Positions 50,196 to 64,000 of a DNA stretch of 64,000 nucleotides are shown one piece after another. The stretch's first letter is position 1. Every line of letters begins with the position of its first letter. The notes under the pieces are model-generated. The model did not search any database. It worked only from the letters and a program-made list of their open reading frames with translations, and had not been told where the DNA came from. The stretch lies in assembly GCF_009914755.1 (NCBI RefSeq), contig NC_060930.1. One strand, 5' to 3'. Position numbers and translations under genes: made by a program. This DNA comes from the human T2T-CHM13v2.0 reference genome, Homo sapiens.

Positions 50196-52217
50196 TAGAT
50201 GCAAAGCAATAAGAGCATGAGAGGGTCAATACTTACATTCAAATAAACCATTTGGAGTTTAGCATTTTTTGCCTGAAATTTGATAGGAAATGCAGGGAAA
50301 TTTAGTTATATTTATTTATGTGTTTGAAAGTATATACATATAGTAAATATATATAGTAACATATATATTTGTGTGGGCATGTATACACATGCTTATATAG
50401 ATGCATATGTATATATTAATACACATACAATGTGCACAGATATAGATGAGCCAGGGGATCTGCAAGAAAGATTGGGGGGGAGAATAACCATTGTTAAGCA
50501 CATGAAATTTAGCAAGATAGAGATTAATGAGCTCCATACAAAAGTCATGTGAGTAGTTCATGAGACCTGCATGCCATATGGTCCTCGTGAGTGCCTGGAA
50601 GTAGGCATGCTCCATGATAAGGAATGCTGAGGGCAGATTTAATAGCTGAAGAAAAACTGCTACAAGAGATTTTAATAAGTGCTACTGAAATGGGATGTAT
50701 TGCTCAGATCCTTTTGCACCAACTTGTCTTAGCCGTAATGTGCCTCACATCTCCTAGAAGAGTTTCATCTGTTTTGGTGAGCCAGTGGTACTTGATTGAA
50801 GCCAAGCAGCTGGCTTTGAACACATTCAGAAGATCCCATGGGCCCTAAGTATTTTAATAAGCCTTTTCATCTGGCCCGTATTTCTGAAGAAGAAACCAAG
50901 GCAATTAAAAACCATTAAATGGTTGGTTCAACATCAAAAGAAGAATGATATCAGGATTGGCCCCCACCACCAGACTGTCAACTCCACCCTAAGATCTACT
51001 GCTGCCTTCACCGAATGATAGAAAAATATCATCTACCCAAGATAAAAGTGATAGAATTTACAAAACAAAGCCAGATGATGAATTAGTATTTTTAAAACAA
51101 TGACATGCCAGCCTATACTGTTTTACATAGAAAGAATGTCATCTGTATCACCCTAAGGAGATTTTAAATCATCATCTAATAAAGCCTTTGCCATTTGCAT
51201 GTGCTGGAATGTTTACCTGTTTTCAAAAAACAGTCAACATAGACAGTTTTATAGAAAAGTTTATGGCTATAAGAGAAAGGAAATGATGTATGTTTCTAGT
51301 CGATTTAAATCAAGCAAAATGGAGAAAAGGAAAGCACTTCCACTTTAGAAGTTTTGGTGACGTATTGGCAGCCATACTTGCTTTTCGATTACATTTAAGA
51401 GAGTAGGCTCAGGCTCTGCCTGCCACAGAACACCTCAGCCTTCATTAGCAGTGTCAATGACCCAAGACAGCACACTAGCCCCAAGCACGTCCTGTATGAG
51501 GTCAGGGCTGCAGCCTCAAGAAATACGGCTTTCATTGCTGACTACTACTTCAAATGCTTCCAGTCACACTGAACTGAAATATCTTCTGGAGTTTGTCAAT
51601 GTCCTGAGTCCATGTTGTGATTTTTCTTATTGGCACCATAGTTATACACAACAAAGAGCAGCCAATGATTAGTAATACAGCCCCACTCCTGCTAAATTTA
51701 CATGTCTTTTAGCCTATGCAAATTAAATTCACGTATATTTAGGTAAGGACTAATATAATTCAGTTTTCCAAACCAGTAACACAATATGCTTTTGACAATT
51801 AAAACTTAGCCGAGTCTACCTGTTTTCCACAGCATTAATGTTTAGATTCGGTTTACCAGTTGTTATACCTAAAACTTCAGGAGGGAAACGCATAACCCTG
51901 AATGGAAAACAATCTCAGATAGAATGCTATTTCCAAATGGTTGTTTATGTAGGTACAGTTTTGGTGATGGTGAAGGCTTATTATTCTATTTTAAAACAGA
52001 GGTGATTGGTTTCTCTAGTACCCAGAATGCATGCTTTTCTTTGGATGTAGCGGTAATCGCATGTGCAGAAATGTTAAGTACTGTTTTGTTGTTACAAATA
52101 GATCTGAGCTGAATGAAAAAATGTTACTTCTATGTGAATTTCAGTGACTTAATTTGACCTAGACATATTTTGTCTGAGAAATTTAAGAAGAAATATCAAA
52201 GTTTAGGAATAGGAATG

Positions 52218-52535
52218 TCTAGCTGCGCTCTTCCATAGAAACATGTAATATTAATACAAGCTGTATATGTAGTTTGAAATTTTCTAGAAGCTACATTTTA
52301 CAAAATTAAAGAGAAACAGGTAGAATTAATTTTAATAACATGTCAACCCAGTATACCCAAAATAATTGTCTTGATATCTAATTAATGTAAAAATTATTGA
52401 AGTCATGTTTACATTCTTTTTTGTTTGTTTGTTTTGTCCTAAGTCTTTGAAATTCATTGTGTATTTTAAACTGGACCAACCACATTTCAAGTGCTCAATA
52501 GCCACATGTGGCTGGTGGCTACCATAGTGTGCAGC
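52218..52535. mobile_element. MER33-like hAT-Charlie relic
   Basis: ccacatttcaagtgctcaatagccacatgtggctggtggctacc terminal motif. Confidence 0.8.
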
Positions 52536-53490
52536 AAGGAATTATATAGCAATAAGGATTATTATGCTACTTAGTTCTTAAATAAAATATCTTTTGCATG
52601 TTTTATATCTATATACTCATTTCCCTTATATACATGAATATTTTATACGTACATATTCTAGAAGATGTCATCAGCCCAAACTTAACAAATCATGCTTTTG
52701 TTTTGTCAGTTCCTGTAATGCAGTGTTTTTTCTTTTTCATTATCATCGCCAGTGGGGACTCTTTAGACAGTTTTTTTCTAATTACTCCCTTTCATGAAAT
52801 TTTAATGTCACATATGTACTGTATACTATTATAGTATATCTTTTGAAGGCCACAAACCACTGTAATGTCTAAGATTTTCTGCCCCACAAGAGCTCATTTG
52901 TGTCCCTTTGGAGATATCTTCCCCATTGAAAATGTATGCTAGAGTACTTTCTCTCAATTCTACGCCAGTGAAATAAATCAGGTCGACTCTACTGGCTTAA
53001 GTTATTGGTTGTCCCAGACAAGTAAGAAAGTTATAATCCCCACCTTTTTTTTCTACTTTATGTAGTCCTGCTTCAAATTATTTTTATACAGAAAGGAATT
53101 CACCCTCTTTTCTTCCTAGATTAACAAAATTAAGAAGTTTGTCATTTTGTTTCATTTTATTTTTAATTGAGAGGCCCGTAGGAGTGATGCACTGATTAAA
53201 ACTTGCTTTCCATTAGCCAGGTAGGATTTTGATGCCCACTTGCTTTCCCAGATGTTGATGTTGGTAGCGATACTTCAGAATAAATATTAAACTATCTAAG
53301 AAATGTTAATATTTGCTATTATTCTCATTAAAATCCAGTTCAGATCTATTTCTCTGTTACTTTGACAGTGCCATATTGGTGCTGCCAAGCCTTCACATAT
53401 GATCATCCCGCCTTTAAACTCTCTCCCCTGAACTTGGGTGGACCACACATCCCTGTGTGTGCTGCTGCTTCATTGAGACGATGGTTGTGA

Positions 53491-53634
<144 letters not shown>

Positions 53635-56600
53635 CTGTGTTCTTTAGCCGGAGATCTATTTTTTATATTTCAAGTACACTGAATTTTTATGTGTGATTCA
53701 ATGCCTCTGGCTCTACACATATAAATTGTCTTAATGGATGAAATCATATTTGGAATAAAAATTCCAGAATGAAGAATTCAGATTGCTGAATGGAGTTAAA
53801 CTTTAGTGCTACAGAAAAGAAACTCTATGGTCTTATATTTACAACACTTTAATGGGTTTTTTAAAAATCTGTGGAGGTTGCTGGTACACACCAAATGAGT
53901 CCAAACTGGAATGAGCAGCTTTAGCAAAGAACTCTTACCTGGCAAAGCAGCAACACACATGCTCCGTCTGACAAGGTGGTCAACAACATTCCTCAAAATG
54001 GGAGATCTTCTCAGCCCTGAGGTTTGAATCTGACTTTAGCCTACCTAACCCAGAAAATCTGAATTGGAATGCACTCAGACTGTATAAGGACAGTCCTATT
54101 TAGACATGTAATTTGTGTAAATTATTGATGAAAATAATTTACTGTGACTTTATTAGCAGCTGACTTTCAAAGTGGATGCAATTTTTCTTTCTTTTGTTGG
54201 GGAGGGGAATGGGAGGGGAAATGGGAATATAATATTGTCTCTTTTTTAAGTTTGGCAAACAGAATGTTCATACTGATGTGTTGTGCCTTAAAGACAAGAC
54301 AGCATTTGTGTGTTACAATGTAACTTTGGTTAAAATCTCTGTAGATAATGAAAAAAAACAAAAAAAAAAACCTTTGTGATGATTCTTAACATGACCAAAT
54401 TTAAAAGTCAAGCTCTCAGAGCTTAATTACCGCATCAGCAAGAAACTGAGTATTTTTTGCAATAAGAAAACAACAATAATAAAGGAAAGCTTGTGTTTCA
54501 TTTGGGTTCTTAATAATTCCAATAATTGTATGAGGCAACTATTTGCGCATCCAACCATGAGTGGAAGGTTTGGGAAAGACTGTGGGACCTTTACTTAGAA
54601 AGTGAAATGTATGTAGAAGTCTCAAGTACCCCTTCTACAGTTTTACTGGAGAAAACTAAGAGCCATATTCATGACAACTTGCACAGTTTTGAGGTTGAGA
54701 CTTTTGATATGTGTAAGTTGCATAGAGGAGGATATTATCATGCAAATCATGAGCAATTATCACATAAACTTTTTTAGAATGTGCCATGAACATGGCATAA
54801 AATTCACATTGAGTGCACAGGGCTTAAAATAAAGCTAAGTATGTTTATTCCCAATGCCATGGCAAAAATGATAATATCATCAGAAATGGAAGGCAGATCT
54901 CCCAGATGGTGTCTAATGAAAGCAATGAGTCTATGAAAATTTTACCTAGAATATCATCATAAATTAAATTAGCAAGTGCGCTGGATCTTGGCAGCGCTGC
55001 TGAAATGACAACAGTAAAATAATACCTGGTTCTCCATCTGAATACATCAATGCAGGTTCTCCTCGTGACAGACTTGCATATGTTTGTTAGTTTCTGCCTG
55101 TATTGTCACTGCGCAACGGATGGCATTCATTACAAGAAGAGCCCATCATCGTTGTGTTTGCATGGTTTTTTTCCTTGTGTGTAGCCCATGTTGGGAACAC
55201 GATACAGGTTCTCCTCTTATTTCCTATGACACGATTTCCCTTGTGGAAATTTAAGACTTTAAGAACTAGAGTATTTTTATGGTGTCTGCACCTGCAGTTC
55301 TGTGTTTAAAATGTCATAATGTGGATCCTGGAGTCAGGCTACTAGTCAGTGCCCCTAGCCAGAGGCTGGTTCATGAGTTCATCAACTGAGGCCTCTGTGG
55401 CTTCAATAAAGTCTACATTTTGCTCACAGATCACAACATTCACTGTGGAAATATGATTTCATTTCTTTAGGCTACAAACCTGTATTTCTTTACTGAATGC
55501 TAAGGCCATGTTTATATTGGGTAGAAAGATATTGAGATCCCAATTTTGTACAAGATTGTGATTTCATTATCTAAACCTTAAACTTAATCCTTTAAATTTT
55601 GTAGCTTTTGGCTGCATCTGCCCCAAGTACTATTCCAGGCAAATTAAAGTTGGAATACCTTTAATAATATAAAAATAATGATAGTAAATCTTATACTTCT
55701 GTTGGCCCTTAGCTTGAAAATAGCAGTTAAAAAAATTTAAATGTTGCCTTGATTATCAGTACTTAATTATGTTGTGCACTAAAACCTTAAATATTTATTA
55801 CTGTGAATAAAAACAAATTATCTTTACTGTATAGCTGGTTTCTTTAAATGTTGATAGAATTGTGGCATTACATCTAAATTTGTAAGTCTTTTCATATCAA
55901 ACAAGCAAGGCTTTTTATGCTGCTAAGTCTGTGGGTGCAGAAAGAAACACCCCTTGGAAGGGCAAAGAGAAGCCGGCTGGTTGCATCACCCCGTGCAGTT
56001 TCTCACACACATCTCTTTTTCTGATTCTGTGTTCAGAAGAGGCTGCCGGCATAAAACCTAAATGCAAGGTTGACGGAGAACAGCTTGTCTGGCACAACAA
56101 TGGTGCAGGCCCACGAGCCAGCATCACAGCTTGGCCATGGGACGTTGAGTATGCACAAACTAGAACTCTTCCCTTCCCACCTTAGGAATAGAAAATCCTC
56201 TTCCTTTCTAATCTGAAAAACGAAAACTGAACAAACACAAAACCAACCCCTTGGCAGTTCCCACCTCCTATTGACATATGGAATATTGTGCCTTATTGTA
56301 AACCAGTTTGAAAAATGTTCTGTAACTAAAGTGGGTTTTCGGCTATTATGTATACAGCTTGGTATATTACTACGAAAGATAACCACCTTGTGTTGCACCT
56401 TAAAAATATCAAGACCATGTAATTTCCATAACAAAATAGGTGGCCTGGCTATGGTATTATAGCATACAATTAGGACACTATGCCCCTGCAAAATTTTGTA
56501 AATCAAATTCAGAGGCAAAAACATATTTTAGAATCATACAGTTTGCACACGACAAGTAGGTAATAACTGTCTCTAAAAATGTTTTCTCCTTAGTCCGCAA

Positions 56601-56940
56601 TGAGCTAAGATTCAGAATAGTGTCAACAGCATGCTCCTATATGAAGTTGTTTTTTTTAAAGCACATTTGTTTATGACAAGCCTACATTCTCAGTGAATAT
56701 GGCATTTAGTATTTCTTTTGAAAACAAACTTAAGCATCATGAGCCAAAGTTGCACTTTGACTCCCAACTACGGTAGCATTATGGACATCTCACAATGTCA
56801 AGGGTTTCTGTTATGTATTAGTAAAGTATAGATTATTGGGGCCTACATAATTTAAAAGAAATGTAAATTAATATTAAAAGCTTGTAAAAATATGTATATC
56901 TTTACTATTTCTCAATAAATACCTTTGCAATTGTTTTCAT
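53635..56940 (+). other. EYA4: EYA4 3'UTR (~3.3 kb, no recognisable interspersed repeats)
   Basis: Follows the stop codon, is AU-rich and I see no Alu/L1 in it. The end is inferred from the distal AATAAA and downstream GU-rich tract. Confidence 0.75.
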
Positions 56941-56985
56941 TTCCTTCACCCTCCCATGTTGTAGAGTTTTTGTGTGTTTATTTAG
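56914..56985 (+). terminator. Probable distal polyadenylation signal of EYA4
   Basis: AATAAA at 56914-56919, several upstream TGTA motifs (56862-56896) and a downstream GU/U-rich element (gagtttttgtgtgtttattt). Confidence 0.7.
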
Positions 56986-57669
56986 CTTGGTTCTAAATCA
57001 TGTGAAATTTGTATTTAGGTTTCTGGTCTTCATAACTTTTCTTTTTTATGCCTAAGTTGCATAATTTCCAGTTAAAGCAAAATGAGATGTAACACAGTAA
57101 AACGTCACTAATTATGACTAAAAGTGAGCTGCTTTACTGAAAAGATGTCAGTTGCATAATTTTTTATACACAGGTAGCTACATTCAAGTAAGTATAATGC
57201 ATAATGTAGCCACAATTCACTAATGATAAAGTAATTAAAATATTTAGACCTATTAGAATATTTAAAGCAAGTATCGTTTACGTGAATATGGGACATAGTT
57301 TATAAGTATCTTCCAAGAGGATAAAAAGGTAGTTTTCTGTAACAGATTTAATAGCTCCTTTATTGTCTGGTGTATAGTATTTATTTATTTGTGAATCTGT
57401 TGTTCACATGTAAACCAAATGCAAATTTCAGATAAACCTCTGCTCATTCACAACCTTTAAAAATGTTAGCCTCCAAATTAATGGTATTTAAGTGGAGCTA
57501 TGTGGCAACATTCTAGTAAGCCTTACACCATCCAAAAATCAATACTGATTTACAGGAAAACAATGGAAATGTTTAAAATAAATTTAATATGTAAACTTCT
57601 TTTGTTTTCTCTTATATCCAGTTGCCATTGAAATTGAATTTATGAGAAAGACTAAATTATACATATCGT

Positions 57670-58400
57670 ATTCCAGCTCCCCACTGAACTCCAAACAAAT
57701 GTATCTTGTTTGCCTATTTATATACCTGCTTGGAAGAAACGACCTCTCAAATCAACATGTCCAAATCTGAGCTTGTGCTTCTGCGCCGGCCTCTTCTCAC
57801 CTCTCCCACGACTACCACCCCAGCTGAAACCAGCATCCTTTCTCACATAGATAAGTACATCAGCCTCTAGCTTAGTCTCCCTTCTCTGGCCCTCACACCC
57901 TTTCACCATCTCATCACACTAGCCAGAAACATACCGTGCATCAGAGGATATCTCTCTCCTCTTCTTGGAAACCACCAGCTCGCTTGGCACAAACACCAGT
58001 GACCTTTGCAATGGCCTGTAAGCCCACAGGCAGCATCCCTGGTGAGCTCTCCCTTCCTCTGTCTCACAACTCACTGCCAAACTGGCACCTCCGTGTTTGG
58101 CACATACCTGCACCCACCCACCTGCTGCGGGCCTTTTGCACTCACCATTCCTTCCACTTGAAAAGGTTTTCACCCAGATCTTTGCATCACCTATGCCCTG
58201 GGTTTCTTCAGTTCTTAAAGAACACCTTTTTGCTGTAAAGGTCCTCCTCTCTGAAATTGCACCTGCTTCCCAACACCTCTAGCATTTTCCTTCTTTACTA
58301 AGAAAAAATACTTAGTTCTTAGATTAATCCAGCATGATACACATTTATTTTTTGTGTTGTTGATTCATCCATTACAATGTATAAACTTCAGGAAAACACT
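57670..58400 (+). mobile_element. L2 LINE fragment
   Basis: acctctcaaatcaacatgtccaaatctgagct and related L2-like text. Confidence 0.65.
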
Positions 58401-58443
58401 TGCATGAGCATGATCTAGAATTGAAGAGATTTAAAGTGGTAGA

Positions 58444-58753
58444 GGACCATGTGTGATGGCTCATTCCTATAATCCCAGCACTTTGGGAGGCCGGTGGGAG
58501 GATCACTTGAGTTCAGGAGTTCAGGACCAGCCTGGGCAACATAGAGAGACCCTGTCTCTCTCTCTGTCTCTCTTTTTCTAATAGCCAGATGTGATAGTGC
58601 GTGCCTGTAGTCCCAGCTACTCATGGTGCCAAGACGGGAAGATCGCATGAGCCTGGGAGGTGGAGGCTGCAGCGAGCTGTGATCACGCCACTGCACTCTA
58701 GCCTGGAAGACAGAGCAAGACTCTGTCTCAAAAAAAAAAAGAAAAGAAAAGAA
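58444..58753 (+). mobile_element. AluJ-like element
   Basis: Diverged dimeric Alu with an A-tail; the linker is replaced by a CT-rich tract. Confidence 0.9.
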
Positions 58754-59179
58754 ATGATCGAGCTAGATTTGAAAGGGAAAAGGAGAGAAGAAAACATACA
58801 CAGGACCTGTGTAAGTTTTTATACCTTAGCTGGAGTATTTGCTGGCCTAATTTATGGAAATAAAGAACAAGGATGGCCATAAGCAAAGATGTAATTGAAG
58901 AAAGGTTGTATGTGACCTGAGAATGATCGTCTGGATAAAAAACGTTTACAATGAATCAGCGATTGCCTCCTTTATACTCCCTTTTTCCCTTTCATAAAAG
59001 AAAAAGTATGCAATATTAGTAGGCTTAATTGACTTACATTACTTAAAGCCACACACAAACAAACATGTAAAAATCAGATCTCTCTGCAAACTGTGGTTCA
59101 TGATTCTGAGTCCCTGAAACAAACAACAACAAAAAAAATTTTAAGTGTCGGATGTTGTTTAGTTACCAAAAGAGAACCA

Positions 59180-59335
59180 TTTATTTTTTGATCCAGGGTC
59201 TTGCTTTGTTGCCCAGGCTGAAGTGCAGTGGCACCATCATAGCTCACTGTAACCTCGAACTCCTGGACTCAAGCAATCCTCCTGCCTCAGACTCCGAAAG
59301 TGCTGAGATTACAGGTGTGAGCCACTGCACCCAGA
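59180..59335 (-). mobile_element. Alu monomer (FLAM-like)
   Basis: Single antisense Alu arm; AACCATT flanks both sides. Confidence 0.8.
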
Positions 59336-62300
59336 CTAATAACCATTATTTAACATCTCTGCATGGTTTTGTATATTCTTTAAAAGTTATTGGATGTAAT
59401 TCTGGCAAAGTATGCATGTGTGCTAATACACAGGTCGCTACACAAAGCAGTCTACATTTGACTGTGCCAGAGTCAATTCTTGAGATATACTGCAATCAAC
59501 AAAGATGCCCTCTCAGAGCCTCAAGGGGAAAATGTTCATTGTGCCCAAGTTCTGACTTTCAATGGAAATAGTAGCCATTATTCCTTAGCTTTTCCTTCAT
59601 CCACAGAACCTTCCAGGTCTGTGTTAGCACACAGTTTGAAAGATCTCCAAATGTAATATGCTAAAGGATCTCTGACAATGCATATAACTCCATATAAGCC
59701 AGATGACTATTTTCCCTCCCAACAAAATGCCTTTTGATTGCAGCTTGCAGGGACAGTGTCTCTATGGCTAAAGGGCAATGCATTGTCCTTTGTGGTCATG
59801 AAATCTTAGATTTGTGTGCCTTATGTCTGCTATGATGCTGCCATTTTAGTTTTCTGGTGAGCCTTCAGTGAAAATACATAGAATTGAAAGAGGGTGTACT
59901 GGAAAAGGTAGAGGGACCACCAAGTAAATCATCCTCCACAGAACCACAGCAGAGTACTGCTGACCCTAAACTCATCACAGTCCTGACCCTTAAGGTTCTT
60001 ATGCTTTTCAATCGGGGTGACTCTTAAGATAACGAATGAAGGGTGTTAGCAGGGGATAAGCACAGGGGCATGGTGAGTCACTTGCAGAGAAACCTAACCA
60101 GCCCTTAAAGGGAAGATTCTTGGAGAAAATGAGTCCAAAGCTGAAGCCCCAAGGACAAAACCGAGAAGGCCAGAGCATTTGCAGGACTGGATTGGAAGCA
60201 TATAAGCAAAGTGGAAAATATGTAAGAGAATGCAGGTAAGAGGGAGAAGGGTAGAATGGTGTAGTCAGGGAACTGCAAGTAATTCTTGTTTCTGAAGCAT
60301 GGAGTGAATAAAAGGAATAGTAAGAAATGAGACTGAAAAAAAAAACAAGGGCCACTTGGTGAGGATTTTTAATACAGCATCAACCAATTTCAGTTTTACT
60401 CGGGTATCAGTAGGTACTGAATGAAAGGTTTGTTAACAGAGGATTTACGTGTCCCAGTTTATATCTTATAATAGTTACTCTGGCCAGGCTGAGGAGAGTG
60501 AGGGATCTAAGAGGCTGGTGCAGGATCCTGGAGAGATTCCTGAATTAGGTGATGGGCATGAATATGAGACAGTGCATAGATTCAAAGAAATTAGGGTATT
60601 AAGAATACCTTAGTACTTCGCAGTGGTTGCTTCTTCACCTCATGTCCTCAGGAAAATCCAGCCTGACCTCTAGGTTTCTGGCTCGGGCAGTTTGGTAGAT
60701 TGTAGTGCAGTTTGCCGAGATGAGAAACACAAAAGAAGTAAAAAGATTCTACTTGCTGTTTTTATTGTAGTGGGTGATGCTTGTTGTTGGAACGAGATAC
60801 TGAGACCAGTTTCTGGAATTGTTAATTTGAAGGTGGTGGTATCCTCAAATGGAGTTGTCCAATGCAAAGTTGAATTTGTAGTAACTTCACTATTGTCTGT
60901 TAAATACCTTGCCAAGTCATAACTGAATTACTCGGAGCACAGTAAATAAAACCCTAAGTAATTTGATTATGTCACATCAGTTAATGATTTAAAATCACTT
61001 ACAATTTGTGCAAACTTGAGACAGCATAGTGGAAAAGCTAGGAATGATGACAGTAATACAGTGTGTGCATGGCTGATGAACACCATGGAAAATTATTTGG
61101 GGTCACCAGTTGATTTAACATCATGCTTTCCCATCTCCTGCATTACCCCAATTTCCAGTAGATAAAGTAGTAACATACCTGGATTTACAACCCTGAAGAA
61201 ATCCAAATGCCTCTATGAGCTTTTCATCAGTAACTTTTGTACAAAAAAGTCATCGCCAGCTTATGTCTGCTTGGAAACCAATATGGCATTCTAATTTATT
61301 TCCCAAAGAAAACATTAAAGAGCTTCACAGCAGAATGACAGATGATTTAATCACCTATTTTTAGACAGATTAATGTATTCCAAAAAAATGTGGTGATCAT
61401 TAAAACATACATTTATGGTGGAATAAACTATTTCATAAGAGCGGGCAGTAATATCTGGTACGTGAATAGGAAATAAAGTTAATGCCAAACACACACGTAT
61501 AAAACCATCCTGTTTGGCTCATGAAATTATTTCTACATCAGTTATGAGAACAGCAGGAGGGTGGGATGGAGCCACTGATGAGGGCAGTGAAGAAAAAGTG
61601 GTATAACATCATCTTTTAAACTTTCATCTACAGTTTTACAAATGATGAGTGCATCTTCTAAATTTTCATCACCCACTGATTTTCTGAATAAAACCTACTA
61701 CCACAAACTGGCCACTTTTGGCAACACATATTGTTGCCATGCATGACTCAAGAATTCGTTTTAAAGAAGAGAAAAGGGAATGTTTTTCTTATTTCTGTCT
61801 AGGCAGAATGGGGATATTTATCCATGTTCCTTCTTCTTATCCTTGAAGGCCCTGTAATTGTTTTATTCATCCAACCACAGCACCATCTTCTGGGCACAGA
61901 AGCTGGTACCACTGTAGCAAGATGGGGAATGGGAGCATGTAGGATGTGATGCTTTGATTCAGTCACTCGCTCTGTAGCCAGCTTTTCAGCGAGCATACTG
62001 AAAAGAGGAAGGAAACTAACGTTTGAAGAGACTAATCAAACTAACATTTGAAGAGGCTAATCAACTAATGAAGAGACTAATCAATGCTTACCTTACCATA
62101 CATTACCTGATTTAATTATAACACCCACGAGAGTCAGTGTTCTTAGTCCAATTGTATAGTTGAAGTGACCTCCCAAGATTATACAACCTGTAGGTAGCAC
62201 AGACAGAATTGGAACTTAGTCCATTAGGTGGAAATTATCTGGACTGCAAAATAGGCTCATTGCACCATATCTTCTGTCCATTGACTTCAGTTGAGTTGTT

Positions 62301-62930
62301 TAGCACTTGAAGGGGTATGATCTGAGGGAAAGTGCCATCAAGAGCAGGTGAGATTGCAAGCAATGGAGTTAACTGTCACTGTTTTTTCTCTCTGTGAATA
62401 TAATTGCCATCCAAGTAACTCCTGTGTTGCCTATGTGAGAAATGGCCTTTATGTAGTAGGAATGTTAGTTCTGCAGATAAGCAGTAAAAGGACCCTAAGC
62501 TGATTATTTGACTTGATGATTGGAATTATATCCAGTCCTATATGAAGGCCCAAGAGATAACTATTCAATTAAAGCTGCTCAATTAATTTGCATTTAAGTT
62601 AAGATACATTTTGCAGATTCCTCCCTTTTAAAACACCTTTAAGCATGCATATCAACTGCTCTTAATACAACAGACTTACAGGCTCCCTAACCTACAGCAT
62701 GGTTCCAAGAAGGGTACTGGACAGGCTTCTGATTAGAGTGGGGAATTAGGAAGGTTCTGGGGCCACCTAATATAGGAAAAATAAACCATGATGGAGCATT
62801 GAGTCAGCATGATTTATGATTTTAGGAGTATCTGAATGGAAGATGTTCAGAAGCAAGTTCCTAAAGGGTAAGTGGAGAAAAGCTATGTAGCCAAGTTTAC
62901 CTCTTTTCTGAAATTCTATAGTGGAGATGA

Positions 62931-63018
62931 TTTTTTTTTTTTTTTTTTGAGACGGAGTCTTGTTCTGTCACCAAACTGGAGTGCAGTGGCGCAATCTCAG
63001 CTCGCTGCAACCTCCGCC
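62931..63018 (-). mobile_element. Severely 5'-truncated Alu (~70 nt plus tail)
   Basis: Perfect TSD TAGTGGAGATGA at 62919-62930 and 63019-63030. Confidence 0.92.
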
Positions 63019-63030
63019 TAGTGGAGATGA

Positions 63031-64000
63031 TTTTTTTTTATTATTGTGGTAAAATACAGATAAAGGTAACGATCTTAACCATTTTTAAGTGTACAGTCAA
63101 TGGCATTAAGTACATCCACATTGTTGTGCTGCTGTCACCACCATCCATCCACAAAACTCTTTTCATCTTCTAAAACTAAAACTCTACCCATTGAACAATA
63201 ACTTCCCATTCTCCTCTCCCCTTAGTACCTTGTAGCAACTCCTCCACTTTCTGTCTCTACGAATTTGACTACTTGAAGTACCTCATATAAACAGAATCAT
63301 ATAGTATTTGTCCTTTTGTGACTGGCTGATTTCATTTAACAAAATTTCTTTCAGGTTCTCCTGTTTTGTAGCCTATGTTAGAATTTTCTTCCTTTTTAAG
63401 GCTGACTAATAATATGTGTGTATACTATATTTTGTTTCTCTATTTTTCCATTGATGGGCATTTAGGTTGCCTCTACCTTTTGGCTCTTGCAAATAATGAT
63501 GCTATGAACATGGGTATACAAATAACTGGGTCCCTGCTTTAAGTTCTTTTGGATATGTACCCAGAAGTGGAATTGCTGGATCTTGTGTAATTCTATGTTT
63601 AATTTTTTGAGGAACTACCATACTTGCCATACTTTCTATGGCAGCCACACCACTTTACATTTCTAACAATAGTGTGCAAAAATTCCTTTTCTTCACATCT
63701 TCACCAACACTTGTTATTTTCTGTTTGTTTTTTATAGTAACCATGCTAATGGGTGTGAGGTGATATCTTATTGTGGTTTTAATTTGCATTTACCTAATGA
63801 TTATGGCATATTGGCCATTTGTATATCTTTGGAGAAATGTCAATTCAATCATTTGCCCATGTTTTAATTGGGTTGTTTTTGTTGTTGTTGTTGAATTGTA
63901 TATTCTGGATATTAACTCCTCATCAGATACAAGATTTGCAGACATTTTCTCCCATTCCTTGGGTTACCATTTCCATAGTAAACTTGACTTTTGTGTGTAT
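63031..64000 (-). mobile_element. L1MB3-like 3' end, running off the window
   Basis: ttaaccatttttaagtgtacag...ggcattaagtacat...caccaccatccatc L1MB 3'UTR text. Confidence 0.85.

Noticed and set aside
56033-56524. 163-aa minus-strand ORF within the 3'UTR
   Set aside because: No recognisable homology or domain; the length is compatible with chance.

Overview
This is human (primate) genomic DNA containing the 3' half of EYA4 (eyes absent 4, a HAD-family tyrosine phosphatase and SIX co-activator) on the + strand. I could reconstruct ten coding exons with GT-AG boundaries and a continuous reading frame (950 nt using one of the two alternative exons). They encode the end of the variable region and the whole Eya domain, and are followed by a ~3.3 kb 3'UTR ending near 56.9 kb. 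The most notable feature is a pair of tandem-duplicated 101-nt exons (49851-49951 and 49990-50090) separated by only 38 nt. They must be mutually exclusive and they swap the segment carrying HAD motifs III and IV. The introns hold a near full-length old L1MA, an L1PA2, Alus, a THE1D LTR, DNA-transposon relics and an HSPE1 processed pseudogene. Several retrotransposition scars are unusual: a target site used three times, a fold-back inverted duplication and twin-priming inversions. There is also a candidate antisense terminal exon consistent with the lncRNA TARID. Nearly all ORFs in the supplied track are repeat-derived or spurious. There are no prokaryotic features or CRISPR arrays. Exon numbers and repeat subfamily names are from recall and were not checked against databases.
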